From contig CP066684.1 in the NCBI GenBank assembly GCA_016432325.1, positions 640,001 through 704,000 of the forward strand: a DNA stretch of 64,000 nucleotides, written 5' to 3'. This DNA comes from Candidatus Aenigmatarchaeota archaeon (GTDB lineage Archaea > Aenigmatarchaeota > Aenigmatarchaeia > PWEA01 > JACQIF01). Every line of letters starts with the position of its first letter. Position 1 is the first letter of the stretch. Both the position numbers and the translations under genes were made by a program. A model generated the notes under the pieces. It saw only the letters and a list, made by a program, of their open reading frames with translations, had not been told where the DNA came from and made no database searches. Shown here piece after piece: positions 18,369 to 27,502 of this stretch.

Positions 18369-19379
18369 GTGGGGCTCATGAAAGGCACTTTGGACGAACT
18401 GTTCCTGAAAATCCAAGAGGGAAGCAAGCTGTCGCACGATGAGGTGGAGAAGCTTGTCAGGGAAAAGGGTGATGAGTTCTCTGGATTGATATCCCCGGAA
18501 GGCGCGGCGCACATAGTCGCCAAAGAACTGGGCGTCAATCTTCTGGAACGCATGAACCGCCACGTCAAGATCGCCAACGTTGTTCCGGGCCTGTTGTCGG
18601 TGAACCTGACCGCGAAGGTCGTTCGCGTCACCGAACCGCGAACGTTCAAGAAGGAGGGCGGGGAGGGCAAGGTCGTAAACGTCCATCTCGCGGACGAAAC
18701 TGGAACTATGCGCATGTCTCTATGGGACGACCAGGTCGCGCTCGTGCAGGAAGGCAACCTCAAGGAGGGCATGACCATAGACGTCGTCAACGGCTACACG
18801 AAGGAAGACACCCGCGGAGGCGCGGAGCTTCGCGTCGGCAAGAAAGGGATGATAAAGAAGAGCGACGTCACGCTTGACGTGAGCATCGAGGCAGTGCGCT
18901 CGCGCAACGCCGTGCGCAAGCCCCTCGTAGAAGCGAAGGTCGGCGAGTCCGTAGAGTTCCGCGGGGCGCTCGTGCAGTTCTTTGAGAACCGTCCTTTCTA
19001 CTTCGTCTGCCCGCAATGTGAGAAGAAAGTTCCCGAATCTGTATGTACGGAACACGGTTCGGTCGTTCCGAAACCGATATTGATGGTTTCAGGCGTTCTC
19101 GACGACGGGACAGGCAACATGCGCGCGGTCTTCTTCCGCGAAGCGGCGGAACGCGTGCTCGGCCTGAGCACCGACGAGGCGTTCAAAAAGAGCGGCAACG
19201 GGATTAACCCGCGCGTCATCGTCGACAAACTACAGGAGGCTCTGGGCAAGGAGATCGTTATACGCGGCTACGTGAAGGAGAACAGCTTCTTCGAGCGCCC
19301 TGAAGTAATCGTGAACGAAGTCGTTGAATTCAATCCTCTGGAAGAGGCCAGAAAGCTCGCGTCTGGACTGAACGCTTAA
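18369..19379 (+). CDS. rpa: replication protein A (OB folds plus Zn finger)
   Basis: G.V.N..LADETG..R..LW; CPQC.KK...C.EHG; LDDGTG.MR.VFF. Confidence 0.9.
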   Translation: MGLMKGTLDELFLKIQEGSKLSHDEVEKLVREKGDEFSGLISPEGAAHIVAKELGVNLLERMNRHVKIANVVPGLLSVNLTAKVVRVTEPRTFKKEGGEGKVVNVHLADETGTMRMSLWDDQVALVQEGNLKEGMTIDVVNGYTKEDTRGGAELRVGKKGMIKKSDVTLDVSIEAVRSRNAVRKPLVEAKVGESVEFRGALVQFFENRPFYFVCPQCEKKVPESVCTEHGSVVPKPILMVSGVLDDGTGNMRAVFFREAAERVLGLSTDEAFKKSGNGINPRVIVDKLQEALGKEIVIRGYVKENSFFERPEVIVNEVVEFNPLEEARKLASGLNA

Positions 19380-19561
19380 CGCGCACGGCGCGATACCTAG
19401 CGGAATAATGAAACAGCGGCTTCAACAGCCGTTATTTCATAATGGCATAGCGGCAACCCATAACTGCGGTTCCAGTAGCCGCCCTTGTAACGGAATAGCG
19501 GCATGGTGCTATGGAAAGCGTTGACTAGGCATTTCCGCAAGTTAGCAGAGAGGCGAAATGG

Positions 19562-20656
19562 ATGGTAAAAAAGAAACAGTCTGATATTGAATCTGTCGGA
19601 GCGGCTCTCGAGATGCCGACACAGGACCCGAAAGCGGGACTGGAAGTACAAATAGCAGAAAAACCAATGGAAAGCGTGGATGACATTGAGGTTGAAGTTT
19701 CTTCGAAGAAACGGATAACAGACATAGCAGACCTTCCCGGCGTGGGGGATAAGACAGCCGCGAAGCTGCGCGAGCAAGGCTACGAGGACATGATGTCGCT
19801 CGCGGCGGCGTCCGCAGCGGAGCTTGGCGAGAAGGCGGATGTAGGCGAAGCGACAGCCTCAAAGATCATACAGGCCGCGCGCGACGCGCTTGACATGGGC
19901 TTTGAAACGGCGCACGATTTTGCCAAGAAGCGCGCCTTGATAGGCAAGATTGGAACCGGTTCTAACTCTCTGAACACGTTGATAGGAGGCGGCGTCGAGA
20001 CCCAAGCCATAACGGAAGCGCACGGCGCATTTGGTTCCTCAAAATCGCAGCTCGGCTTCCAGCTCTGCGTCAACGTGCAGCTGCCACAGGAACGCGGAGG
20101 TCTGGGCAAGAACGCCGTGCTGATTGACACGGAGGGAACGTTCCGCCCAGAACGCATCAAGCAGATGGCCGAAGCGCTGGGGATGGATCCCGAGGTTGCT
20201 CTGAAGAACGTTTTTGTCGCGAGAGCGTACAACAGCGACCACCAGATTCTTCTCGTTGAGAAGCTTGGCGACATGATAAAGAAGCACAACATCGGTCTGG
20301 TCGTTATAGACTCCGTGACGTCTCATTTCCGTTCCGATTACACGGGACGCGGAACGCTGGCGAATCGACAGCAGAAGCTCAACAAGCATTTGCACGCGCT
20401 GCAGAGGCTCGCTGACGTTCACAACGTCGCCATCTACATGACCAACCAAGTGATGTCGCGCCCGGACGTGCTGTTCGGCGATCCGACAGCGCCGGTAGGC
20501 GGTCACGTTCTGGGACACTTGGCGACATACCGCCTGTATTTCAGGCACAGTAAAGGCGAGAAGCGCGTGGCGAAACTTATAGACTCTCCTTACCTGCCGG
20601 AGGGCGAAGCCGTCTTCATGGTAAAGCCGGAGGGCATACGGGACTCTGAAGAATGA
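19562..20656 (+). CDS. radA: DNA repair and recombination protein RadA
   Basis: HhH N-domain; ITE.HG.FGS.KSQ, IDTEGTFRPER, RQQKLN.H. Confidence 0.96.
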   Translation: MVKKKQSDIESVGAALEMPTQDPKAGLEVQIAEKPMESVDDIEVEVSSKKRITDIADLPGVGDKTAAKLREQGYEDMMSLAAASAAELGEKADVGEATASKIIQAARDALDMGFETAHDFAKKRALIGKIGTGSNSLNTLIGGGVETQAITEAHGAFGSSKSQLGFQLCVNVQLPQERGGLGKNAVLIDTEGTFRPERIKQMAEALGMDPEVALKNVFVARAYNSDHQILLVEKLGDMIKKHNIGLVVIDSVTSHFRSDYTGRGTLANRQQKLNKHLHALQRLADVHNVAIYMTNQVMSRPDVLFGDPTAPVGGHVLGHLATYRLYFRHSKGEKRVAKLIDSPYLPEGEAVFMVKPEGIRDSEE

Positions 20657-20665
20657 GGCGGCTTC

Positions 20666-20842
20666 ATGGACGCGAAGACAAGGACCACGTTCCTTTCCCT
20701 TTCCATGTTCCTCGGCTTCCTGCTCCTCGTACTGGGAGCGACATCGTACTCGACCGCCTGCACCGGAGGATATGCTTGTACGCCGGTCCTGATGCTCGTC
20801 GTCGGCCTCGTTCTTCTCTACGTGTCAATAAGCCTGAAATAG
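20666..20842 (+). CDS. 58-aa 2-TM membrane protein (not in the ORF track)
   Basis: Manual translation MDAKTRTTFLSLSMFLGFLLLVLGA...VLMLVVGLVLLYVSISLK; abuts the next ORF. Confidence 0.5.
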   Translation: MDAKTRTTFLSLSMFLGFLLLVLGATSYSTACTGGYACTPVLMLVVGLVLLYVSISLK

Positions 20843-21112
20843 GTGAGGACTGTGGACAGGCTGCAGGTCAAAAAGAACGTCCTCGACATCCGGGAAAGAA
20901 CCCACAGGCTCTATTTCACGACGCAGGCGCTGGCCTCGATAATAATGCTGTCTGTTATAGTTACGCTGTTGCTTACGGTCTCGCCGACGAGCCAATACTA
21001 CGTTCTCCTTCAGGTTTCCGTAGTCCCGTCAGCGATTCTGCTTTACAACTCGTTTGAACACAAGAAGATGGCAGACGAAACAATCGAGAAGATAGAGGGG
21101 CTCGTCGAATAA
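20843..21112 (+). CDS. small 2-TM membrane protein
   Basis: DRLQVKKNVLD followed by two hydrophobic helices. Confidence 0.55.
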   Translation: MRTVDRLQVKKNVLDIRERTHRLYFTTQALASIIMLSVIVTLLLTVSPTSQYYVLLQVSVVPSAILLYNSFEHKKMADETIEKIEGLVE

Positions 21113-21118
21113 GCCGTG

Positions 21119-21382
21119 TTAGAGAAATCTTGTCGTGAGAAGCCCGGCGTGCATCGGATCGGCCTTTAGTTTCGTTGTTTTGAAGTTTTCAGGAGCTATC
21201 GGAGGGCCTCGTTTGAAGCCGTCATAAGATGTGAGAGCTCCCATGTCGTCCATGAACATTGCTCTGGGCGCGCCGTCTTCGGGAAACGCGTCCTTTTTTA
21301 CGGCCACGGAGTATTTGCCGTTTCTATCGAGTCCGATGTAGACTATTTCGTTCTCTCTTTCTTCAGACTTCTCGAGGTGCAT
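21119..21382 (-). CDS. hypothetical protein
   Basis: ORF downstream of the PRC-barrel gene. Confidence 0.5.
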   Translation of the reverse strand: MHLEKSEERENEIVYIGLDRNGKYSVAVKKDAFPEDGAPRAMFMDDMGALTSYDGFKRGPPIAPENFKTTKLKADPMHAGLLTTRFL

Positions 21383-21414
21383 ATGAGTTCCCGTTTGCTC
21401 TCGCGTGTCCCTTT

Positions 21415-21684
21415 CTAGATGATGTCTTTCTCGGCGACTATGATGAAGTCACCGACGCTCTTCACGGCAGAGAACGGCACCAGGAATCTTCCGCGCTCGT
21501 CGGACTGCAGATTCGTGTCCACGGCGTGCTTGGTCGGCTCCCTGAGCACCAGGTTCATGAGTTCTCCGCTCTCTGTTATGAACGAGATGTCTTCAACCAT
21601 GCCGAACTTGCGTCCTGCCTCTTCGCCGACCACGGTCTTTCCCATCAGGTCGCGTCCTCTCACGTCTTCAGCTCGCAAAACCAT
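21415..21684 (-). CDS. PRC-barrel domain protein
   Basis: L.GK.VV....G..FG.V.D...VPF.AV.SVGD.IIV; GGTGA RBS. Confidence 0.88.
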   Translation of the reverse strand: MVLRAEDVRGRDLMGKTVVGEEAGRKFGMVEDISFITESGELMNLVLREPTKHAVDTNLQSDERGRFLVPFSAVKSVGDFIIVAEKDII

Positions 21685-21774
21685 TTTTAAATCACCCTTT
21701 GTCGTACGCTCGTGCTTCTGCTATGCATTATTCTCGTATATAACCTTTCCCCTCACACGGCGGCAGCCTTGGCC

Positions 21775-22260
21775 CTACGACCGGGATACGCTTGACTTAA
21801 TCCCCAACACCTCGGCTAGGGTGGGATGGGAATAATATGCAATAACGTCGAAAGACGAATCGACCAACTCGAGCATTTCCATGTTCCTGCGTTTGATGAG
21901 AGCAAAACCCGGCTTGCCCAAGCATGTCTTCTTAAATGCTTGGTAATTCGAAACTGTGAAATCCGCATCTCCTCGCTCGGGCCGTTTCGTATCTGGGCGC
22001 CGGATTTTCAATAAACCAAGGTCGCCTGCGTCCGTGGAGAGCGGGACGATTTGGAAGACTGGGCCCGTTGATGTGTCGTCGACGACAGGACCCATCTGGC
22101 GAGCCAGATTGAGCATATCCTCATATTCGGATTGGCTCTGAGTGAAGATGCACGCATAATTGACAGGTGCGTCGCGTTCGCTCGTGTGTTTTGCACTCAA
22201 CAGGCATGCCTGAGCAACGATTTCTTGTATCAACTTCTTCATATCTACTATGTCCATCAT
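21775..22260 (-). CDS. hypothetical protein
   Basis: ORF with GGAG RBS; lower GC than neighbours. Confidence 0.7.
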   Translation of the reverse strand: MMDIVDMKKLIQEIVAQACLLSAKHTSERDAPVNYACIFTQSQSEYEDMLNLARQMGPVVDDTSTGPVFQIVPLSTDAGDLGLLKIRRPDTKRPERGDADFTVSNYQAFKKTCLGKPGFALIKRRNMEMLELVDSSFDVIAYYSHPTLAEVLGIKSSVSRS

Positions 22261-22297
22261 GCCTCTCCTCCTTACGCTCCGCGTTCAATCTGTACAA

Positions 22298-23011
22298 TCA
22301 TATCGTCAGCAACTGCTCAATGTAGAGGTCGACTCCCCAGTTCATCAGCACGACCGCCAGCAGGCCGGCGAACAGTGTGGCCGCGACGTTGACTTCTGTC
22401 TTGCCCACGAGCCCGCGGCGCTCTATGGTCGCTCCGAGCACCGAATCGAACTGGCTTCCTAGGAAACCGCATAAGAGGATTGTGAGTATTGTTCCGGCGG
22501 ACGAAATTCCTATCAACGGCGAGAGCGCCGCGACGCCCGCCGCGGCCAATAATGAGACGAGTTCTCCGAGAAGAGACACTCCTCCATCGGTTCCCGGAGG
22601 CACCTTCCGCAGCGTAGTGATAAGTCTCACATTCTTGTCCAGAACGCCTATTTCGCTGGCCAGATTGTCCGCAACCGCAGCGGCCACAGCAGCCAGGAAC
22701 CCGACAGGCGAATCGAAGACCACGAAGAGGAGAGGCGCGTATGCCGAACCCATCACGTTTTCTATCGAGCGCTTGCCCTTCCGCGCTTCTGCCGTGCCGG
22801 CCTTTTCCTTGTGACCGTACTTCCAGCGCGTGGCCGCGGCGCTGATGAAGAAGAACGCGAGCAGCACGAGCAGCCACTTGAAGCCGCGGAACTGCCATAT
22901 CAGGACGGCTATGAGAAACGCGCCGGCCGCCCCGTGCGGGGTCAGGAGCCTGAGTTTCCATATGGTTATGGCCAACGCCGCGCACGCGGCCACAATATAT
23001 GCAATCTCCAT
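22298..23011 (-). CDS. DUF92/TMEM19 membrane protein
   Basis: AD.LASEIG, LITTL..VPPGT.GGVS..G, DS.LGAT.E. Confidence 0.9.
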   Translation of the reverse strand: MEIAYIVAACAALAITIWKLRLLTPHGAAGAFLIAVLIWQFRGFKWLLVLLAFFFISAAATRWKYGHKEKAGTAEARKGKRSIENVMGSAYAPLLFVVFDSPVGFLAAVAAAVADNLASEIGVLDKNVRLITTLRKVPPGTDGGVSLLGELVSLLAAAGVAALSPLIGISSAGTILTILLCGFLGSQFDSVLGATIERRGLVGKTEVNVAATLFAGLLAVVLMNWGVDLYIEQLLTI

Positions 23012-23015
23012 ACCA

Positions 23016-23561
23016 TCACATTAAGAGTTTCCTTATGAATTTCCCGAACTCCCTGCGAAACGTAGCCTCGTCCATGCCCTCGGTGTCGAACGCATGGTCC
23101 GCCTTCGATATCAGCCGGCCGAGTCCCCGAGCGTTTTCCACCTCATCGCGGGATAATAAATAGGCCTTATCCTCCTCTTCGAACCTCTTCCTCAGCAGGC
23201 AGCGCCTGAGCCTCTCGCCGAACGGAGCCTCGACGGAGATTACCACCGGCTTTACCCCGGCCAGCTCTTCGAGAATCTTCAGCTGGACGACGTCGCGCAA
23301 GCCGTCTATCGCAACAAAGTCCGTTTTCGGATTGCTTTTCAAGCGCGCCAGAACGCGTTGAACAAGCACGCGCTCGCGCCCCTTTTCATGGAACCATCCA
23401 GCGACGTCGCGGTCTGTTTCTTCTGTGTATGGCAAGCCGCGCTTCTCTATCTCTTCGCGGACGACGTCTCCGGAAGACACTGGGTCCGCGCCTAGTTCCT
23501 TACAGACGTCCAGCGCGGTCGTCTTCCCAGAGCACGGCATTCCGACAATTACGACCAGCAT
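23016..23561 (-). CDS. P-loop kinase (dephospho-CoA kinase-like / UPF0200)
   Basis: GMPCSGKTT, GDVVRE, IDGLR. Confidence 0.8.
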   Translation of the reverse strand: MLVVIVGMPCSGKTTALDVCKELGADPVSSGDVVREEIEKRGLPYTEETDRDVAGWFHEKGRERVLVQRVLARLKSNPKTDFVAIDGLRDVVQLKILEELAGVKPVVISVEAPFGERLRRCLLRKRFEEEDKAYLLSRDEVENARGLGRLISKADHAFDTEGMDEATFRREFGKFIRKLLM

Positions 23562-23605
23562 CCAATCCCTTGCGTTTATTAGGAAAGCCTCATTTAAAAC
23601 TGGTT

Positions 23606-24046
23606 ATGCGCGGTGTCGAGCCTTATATGATAATCGCTGTGGCTTTGCTGGCGGCGCTCGCTTCGACGGGATCGCCGCTTGCTACATACGAAGGGATAGT
23701 TGACTATACGGGTATTCCTAAGACAGAACTAATACCGATACACGGATACGAGTACTATCTCGCTACAGACCAAAATGTGAGATTAAGACTCTGGGAAGAA
23801 GGCGTTCCGGAAGCCGATTACAAGATTCTCTCTCCGGCGCTTGAAGGCGCGACAGTGCGTGCGACAGGACGTCTTATCGACGACTACATGGCGTACAAAA
23901 TGAGCAAAGGCGGTCCCATCACGTCCGCAGATCCTGAAGGGACGGTTCTTCTGGTCAGCAGGATTGAGGTTCTCGAAGCGCCGCCTCGCGCGCAGGAGAA
24001 GCCGATAGTGTCCAGCGCGGCGGTTCTTGTCCTGCGCGTGGTGTGA
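23606..24046 (+). CDS. hypothetical exported protein
   Basis: N-terminal hydrophobic signal; TTTAAA upstream. Confidence 0.55.
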   Translation: MRGVEPYMIIAVALLAALASTGSPLATYEGIVDYTGIPKTELIPIHGYEYYLATDQNVRLRLWEEGVPEADYKILSPALEGATVRATGRLIDDYMAYKMSKGGPITSADPEGTVLLVSRIEVLEAPPRAQEKPIVSSAAVLVLRVV

Positions 24047-24133
24047 AGGGTTTGTGAACGCGGCGTGAATGGGCATACGCTGTCATATCGGCGTCCCGTG
24101 ACCATTTATTGGCAGGCAATGAATTTCCCGCCC

Positions 24134-24248
24134 TGTACGGAAAAGCGTTGCCGACATTTTCGGACGGAGTCCGAAAAGTTCGGCCCGAAGGCCGAACATG
24201 TTCGAACGCACGGCGTTCGAACTTTCCGAACAGCGTTCGGAAATGTCG
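24134..24248. mobile_element. Nested palindrome cluster: four hairpins inside a type-B element half
   Basis: TGTACG..CGACAT [four consecutive 7-9 bp hairpins] ATGTCG. Confidence 0.65.
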
Positions 24249-24297
24249 CGACCTTGTCGCGTACCTTGCGGGCAGGAAACTCTCACATTTCGCATCC

Positions 24298-25398
24298 CTA
24301 TCCTTGTATCAACGAGTTCTTGACGCTGGGCACCAGAGCATAGACGTAGCCCTTGCCTCTCGCGCTTCTTTCCACATACCCTTCCTCGGCAAGCCTCTGG
24401 AGTATGTTGTTCAGAGAGCGCACGGCGTGCTGTTTCGACTTATACTTTTCCAGGCCGAGCCTCTCCGCAATCTCCGATGGATACATGTTGTCCTCTTGGG
24501 CGAGCAACGCGACGACCTTCTTCTGCTTGTACGGCAGGTCTCTCAAGAAGTCCTTTGACTGGACCGGCTGTGCGTCAACTCTCACATTCTGCGTGCCGCT
24601 CGGCCGTGCGGACGCGCCAAGCCCGTCTATCTTATGGCTCTTCTGTTCTATCGCGTTTTGCACCAGCGAATCGCACAGCTTAAGAACTTCTCTTGGGAAG
24701 CCTCCCGAGCGCTGGTAGACCCCTCTCACAGCCTCGTCAGTAAACGGTTTACTGCCCGACCCTCCCACGCTTTCTATTCGACGCACAATAAGCTCCTGAA
24801 CCTCTGTCTCACTAAGTGCGACAAGATCTACCTTGGTAGTGACACGGCTTCTGAATGTCTCCAAGTTGCGTCGCAGTATCTCCTCCAGTGTTGGTAGCCC
24901 GGCCAGAACTAGCTGAACGCTGTCGCACTGATCTGTCACAGTCCTGAGCCATTCCATGTCACTCACATCGGCTTCGTGGCCCTCGTCGACTAGGAGAAGA
25001 ACCTTGCGCTTCGCACGGGCGTTGACGTGGCCAGCGAGCGTGTGAATATTCACGTGTTTGCCCAGAAGACGGTGAAGGAAGGATTGCGGGTACTGATCAA
25101 GGAAGAGCTCTACCAGTTCTTCGGGTTTGGGCGGTTTTGGAGCGTATATGACGTCGCGCTCCTTGGAGAATTCGTTTCTGAAGAGCTGCAAAAGCGTTGT
25201 TTTGCCAGAGCCTGTGGCGCCTATGACCAAAGCGAACTTATGGCCTTCTTGGACGTGGTTTACGAGGTGCTTCAATTGGTCGTGATAGCCAACGAAAGCG
25301 GCTGGCATGATTCTGAGAGTGAACGGATTCTCCTTCCAGCCTTGCTTTTGCAGCCACTCGGCCGCCGGTCGCTCGAATTCCTCTAACATGGTGGTCAC
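24298..25398 (-). CDS. ExeA-like AAA ATPase with C-terminal winged HTH
   Basis: ENPF, GATGSGKTT, LLVDEGH, VLAGLP, SGG.PRE; C-terminal wHTH. Confidence 0.85.
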   Translation of the reverse strand: MTTMLEEFERPAAEWLQKQGWKENPFTLRIMPAAFVGYHDQLKHLVNHVQEGHKFALVIGATGSGKTTLLQLFRNEFSKERDVIYAPKPPKPEELVELFLDQYPQSFLHRLLGKHVNIHTLAGHVNARAKRKVLLLVDEGHEADVSDMEWLRTVTDQCDSVQLVLAGLPTLEEILRRNLETFRSRVTTKVDLVALSETEVQELIVRRIESVGGSGSKPFTDEAVRGVYQRSGGFPREVLKLCDSLVQNAIEQKSHKIDGLGASARPSGTQNVRVDAQPVQSKDFLRDLPYKQKKVVALLAQEDNMYPSEIAERLGLEKYKSKQHAVRSLNNILQRLAEEGYVERSARGKGYVYALVPSVKNSLIQG

Positions 25399-25414
25399 GT
25401 GAAGGTGTACGAGA

Positions 25415-26129
25415 AGGCTGGGCCTTCTCGGGATGCCGTGAATGGGTATTCACGTGCATTGCGTGTAGTGAACGTGAATACTTTGTGAATGTTCTTGTAC
25501 TTAAAGCTTAATTGCGTGAAGGCGCCGAGGTCTTCACGTGATTGCACGCGATATTCACATACTCTTCACGTCATATTCACGTTTCGTTCACATACGCATC
25601 ACAAAACCTTCACCGAGCCTTCACCGTTACAGGAAACGGAAGGGTGTTCGATTTGGTACGGTTTTATAGTTTGAAAGGCTATCGGCGCGGATATCGCCTA
25701 AGAGCGTATGGTAACGGTCTGATATTGCAACACCGTTTCGTAGTCCTTTGATGGGCAATTTTGACTGGCAGACGCGAAGGAGAGAACCGCCAAGAATGTG
25801 AGATTGTGCCATAACGAATTGATGTGTAGATCCGTACTCTCACAGAAGTGAGACTTTGTAAGGAGGAACGCATGCTCACACGTATACATCGAAACGATGT
25901 GTTAAAGTGTTCCAAACGCGATTTTCAGGCGAAGTCACACAAATGTGAGAGTTTACTGCGCTTAGAGCGCGGTAAATTCATTGAATGAGATTAAAAAGGC
26001 CGGTTCGAGAGGCACGGAACAGCGACCTTGAAGCGGAAAATGAGAGTTCCTGGCTATGTGAGAGTCTAGCAAGCCCGCAGAAATGAAAGTTTGTTTAGTG
26101 CGTGAGGGTTTCAACAGATGTGAGAGTTT
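25415..26129. repeat. AT-richer non-coding field of TTCAC/GTGAA and ATGTGAGA(G)TT motifs
   Basis: More than 12 TTCAC/GTGAA in 25415-25625; ATGTGAGA copies near 25796, 25943, 26056 and 26118. Confidence 0.65.
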
Positions 26130-26436
26130 AATCGAACTGGGAGGCCACAACATCGCCTTCCTTCAGCAGTTTGTCCAGAGCAACACCCTCCAAAAGCCTC
26201 TTGCGAACTCCGGCCTTCAAACGGACCACCCTAACGCCAAAGAAATGGCCCTTCTCGTTCTTGGCGCCTACGTTTTCCACAAAAGGCGCCAAAAAGCCCT
26301 CCACGTATCTATGGAGCGTAGCCAAGGGGATTTGGGCCTCTCCAGCCAATCTGCGAAGCCAGAGTCCCTCTGGGTACTCTAAAAGGACGGCTACAGCACG
26401 CTTTATCTTGCCCGAATCGTATTTCTTTTGCCCCAT
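26128..26436 (-). CDS. HTH DNA-binding protein
   Basis: PEGLWLR.LA....IPLAT..RYV. Confidence 0.7.
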   Translation of the reverse strand: MGQKKYDSGKIKRAVAVLLEYPEGLWLRRLAGEAQIPLATLHRYVEGFLAPFVENVGAKNEKGHFFGVRVVRLKAGVRKRLLEGVALDKLLKEGDVVASQFD

Positions 26437-26576
26437 TTTCTCACCGGAATTTGCGCGGAACGCTGTTCCATCCTTATGCACATAGGTAGGATTTAAACCT
26501 TTCTGTTCGCCGCCGGTGGGGTTTACCACCGTCGGTGGTAAGGAAGCTTTATTTCCAAGTGCGCGGATCTATACTC

Positions 26577-27131
26577 ATGCGTTTGTTCATCGGTCTCCCA
26601 TTCGAGAATTCATCGAGGCCAGCGATAGCCAGGCTCCAGCTCGAGGCCCAACACTGCATTAAAATGACGCCTGTCGCTCCAGGAAACCTTCATATGACTG
26701 TCAAGTTCATTGGAGACGCAGAGAGTGACAAAAAAGGAGATATTATAAGGGTTTTGGAGGGCCTGAAAAGCTCTTTAAAACCGTTTTCCATAGACCTTCG
26801 TGGCGTTGGGGTCCTTCCTTCTCCTCAAAAGCCAAACGTTCTGTTGATTAGAATGGCAGACGATAGTGCGATGACCGAACTCATGAAAACCGTCGCCGTC
26901 GCACTAGAAAAGGCCGGTTTCCTTAGAGAGACAAATGAGATAAAACCGCATCTTACCATAGGCCGCATCAAGTTCGTGAGTGACAAACGCGCGTTCCAAG
27001 GCTTCCTTCTGAAGCATTCTAAAGACTCTTTTGGCGAGATGCGCGTGAATACCCTAGTGCTATATGAGAGCATTTTACAGAGCGAGGGGCCTGTTTACAA
27101 GAAGCACTACGAAATGAGGTTTGGAGAGTGA
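26577..27131 (+). CDS. thpR: RNA 2',3'-cyclic phosphodiesterase (2H family)
   Basis: MRLFI, HMTVKFIG and PHLTIGR motifs. Confidence 0.92.
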   Translation: MRLFIGLPFENSSRPAIARLQLEAQHCIKMTPVAPGNLHMTVKFIGDAESDKKGDIIRVLEGLKSSLKPFSIDLRGVGVLPSPQKPNVLLIRMADDSAMTELMKTVAVALEKAGFLRETNEIKPHLTIGRIKFVSDKRAFQGFLLKHSKDSFGEMRVNTLVLYESILQSEGPVYKKHYEMRFGE

Positions 27132-27502
27132 CACGTTCAAAGATGCTTTGGGTGTGTTTGTCACTCTCTTTGATCGGTCTGTTCCTTTTGGCAATCGGTG
27201 TCTCGCTCAGAGAACCGGTCGCTGTCACACTCGATGAGGTATCTGTGTCTTCTGTTGGAGATTTGGTCAGTGTGACAGGTGTCGCAGAGAACGTACAATA
27301 TAAGAATGGTAACCTTTTCTTCAGATTGGCTAGTGAGACGGGTTCTATACGCGCAGTAATGTTCGAGAGTGACATAGAACGACAGGGGCTCGATCCCTAT
27401 ATGTTGGAAAATGGCCTCGAATTGATCACAGAAGGCCGTATTCAAAGGTATAAGGGCATGCTGGAACTTGTCGCACAGCGTGTCACTCTTCTGTCTCGCT
27501 AG
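27128..27502 (+). CDS. membrane-anchored OB-fold nucleic-acid-binding protein
   Basis: N-terminal TM; G..V.V.G...ETGSI.AV.F...G.I..Y.G.LE. Confidence 0.75.
   Translation: MTRSKMLWVCLSLSLIGLFLLAIGVSLREPVAVTLDEVSVSSVGDLVSVTGVAENVQYKNGNLFFRLASETGSIRAVMFESDIERQGLDPYMLENGLELITEGRIQRYKGMLELVAQRVTLLSR

Noticed and set aside
24134-24248. CRISPR array
   Set aside because: The hairpins differ in sequence, there are no spacers and no cas genes in the window
25489-26153. Short ORFs in the motif-rich intergenic region
   Set aside because: Atypical composition, overlapping frames, no RBS or motifs
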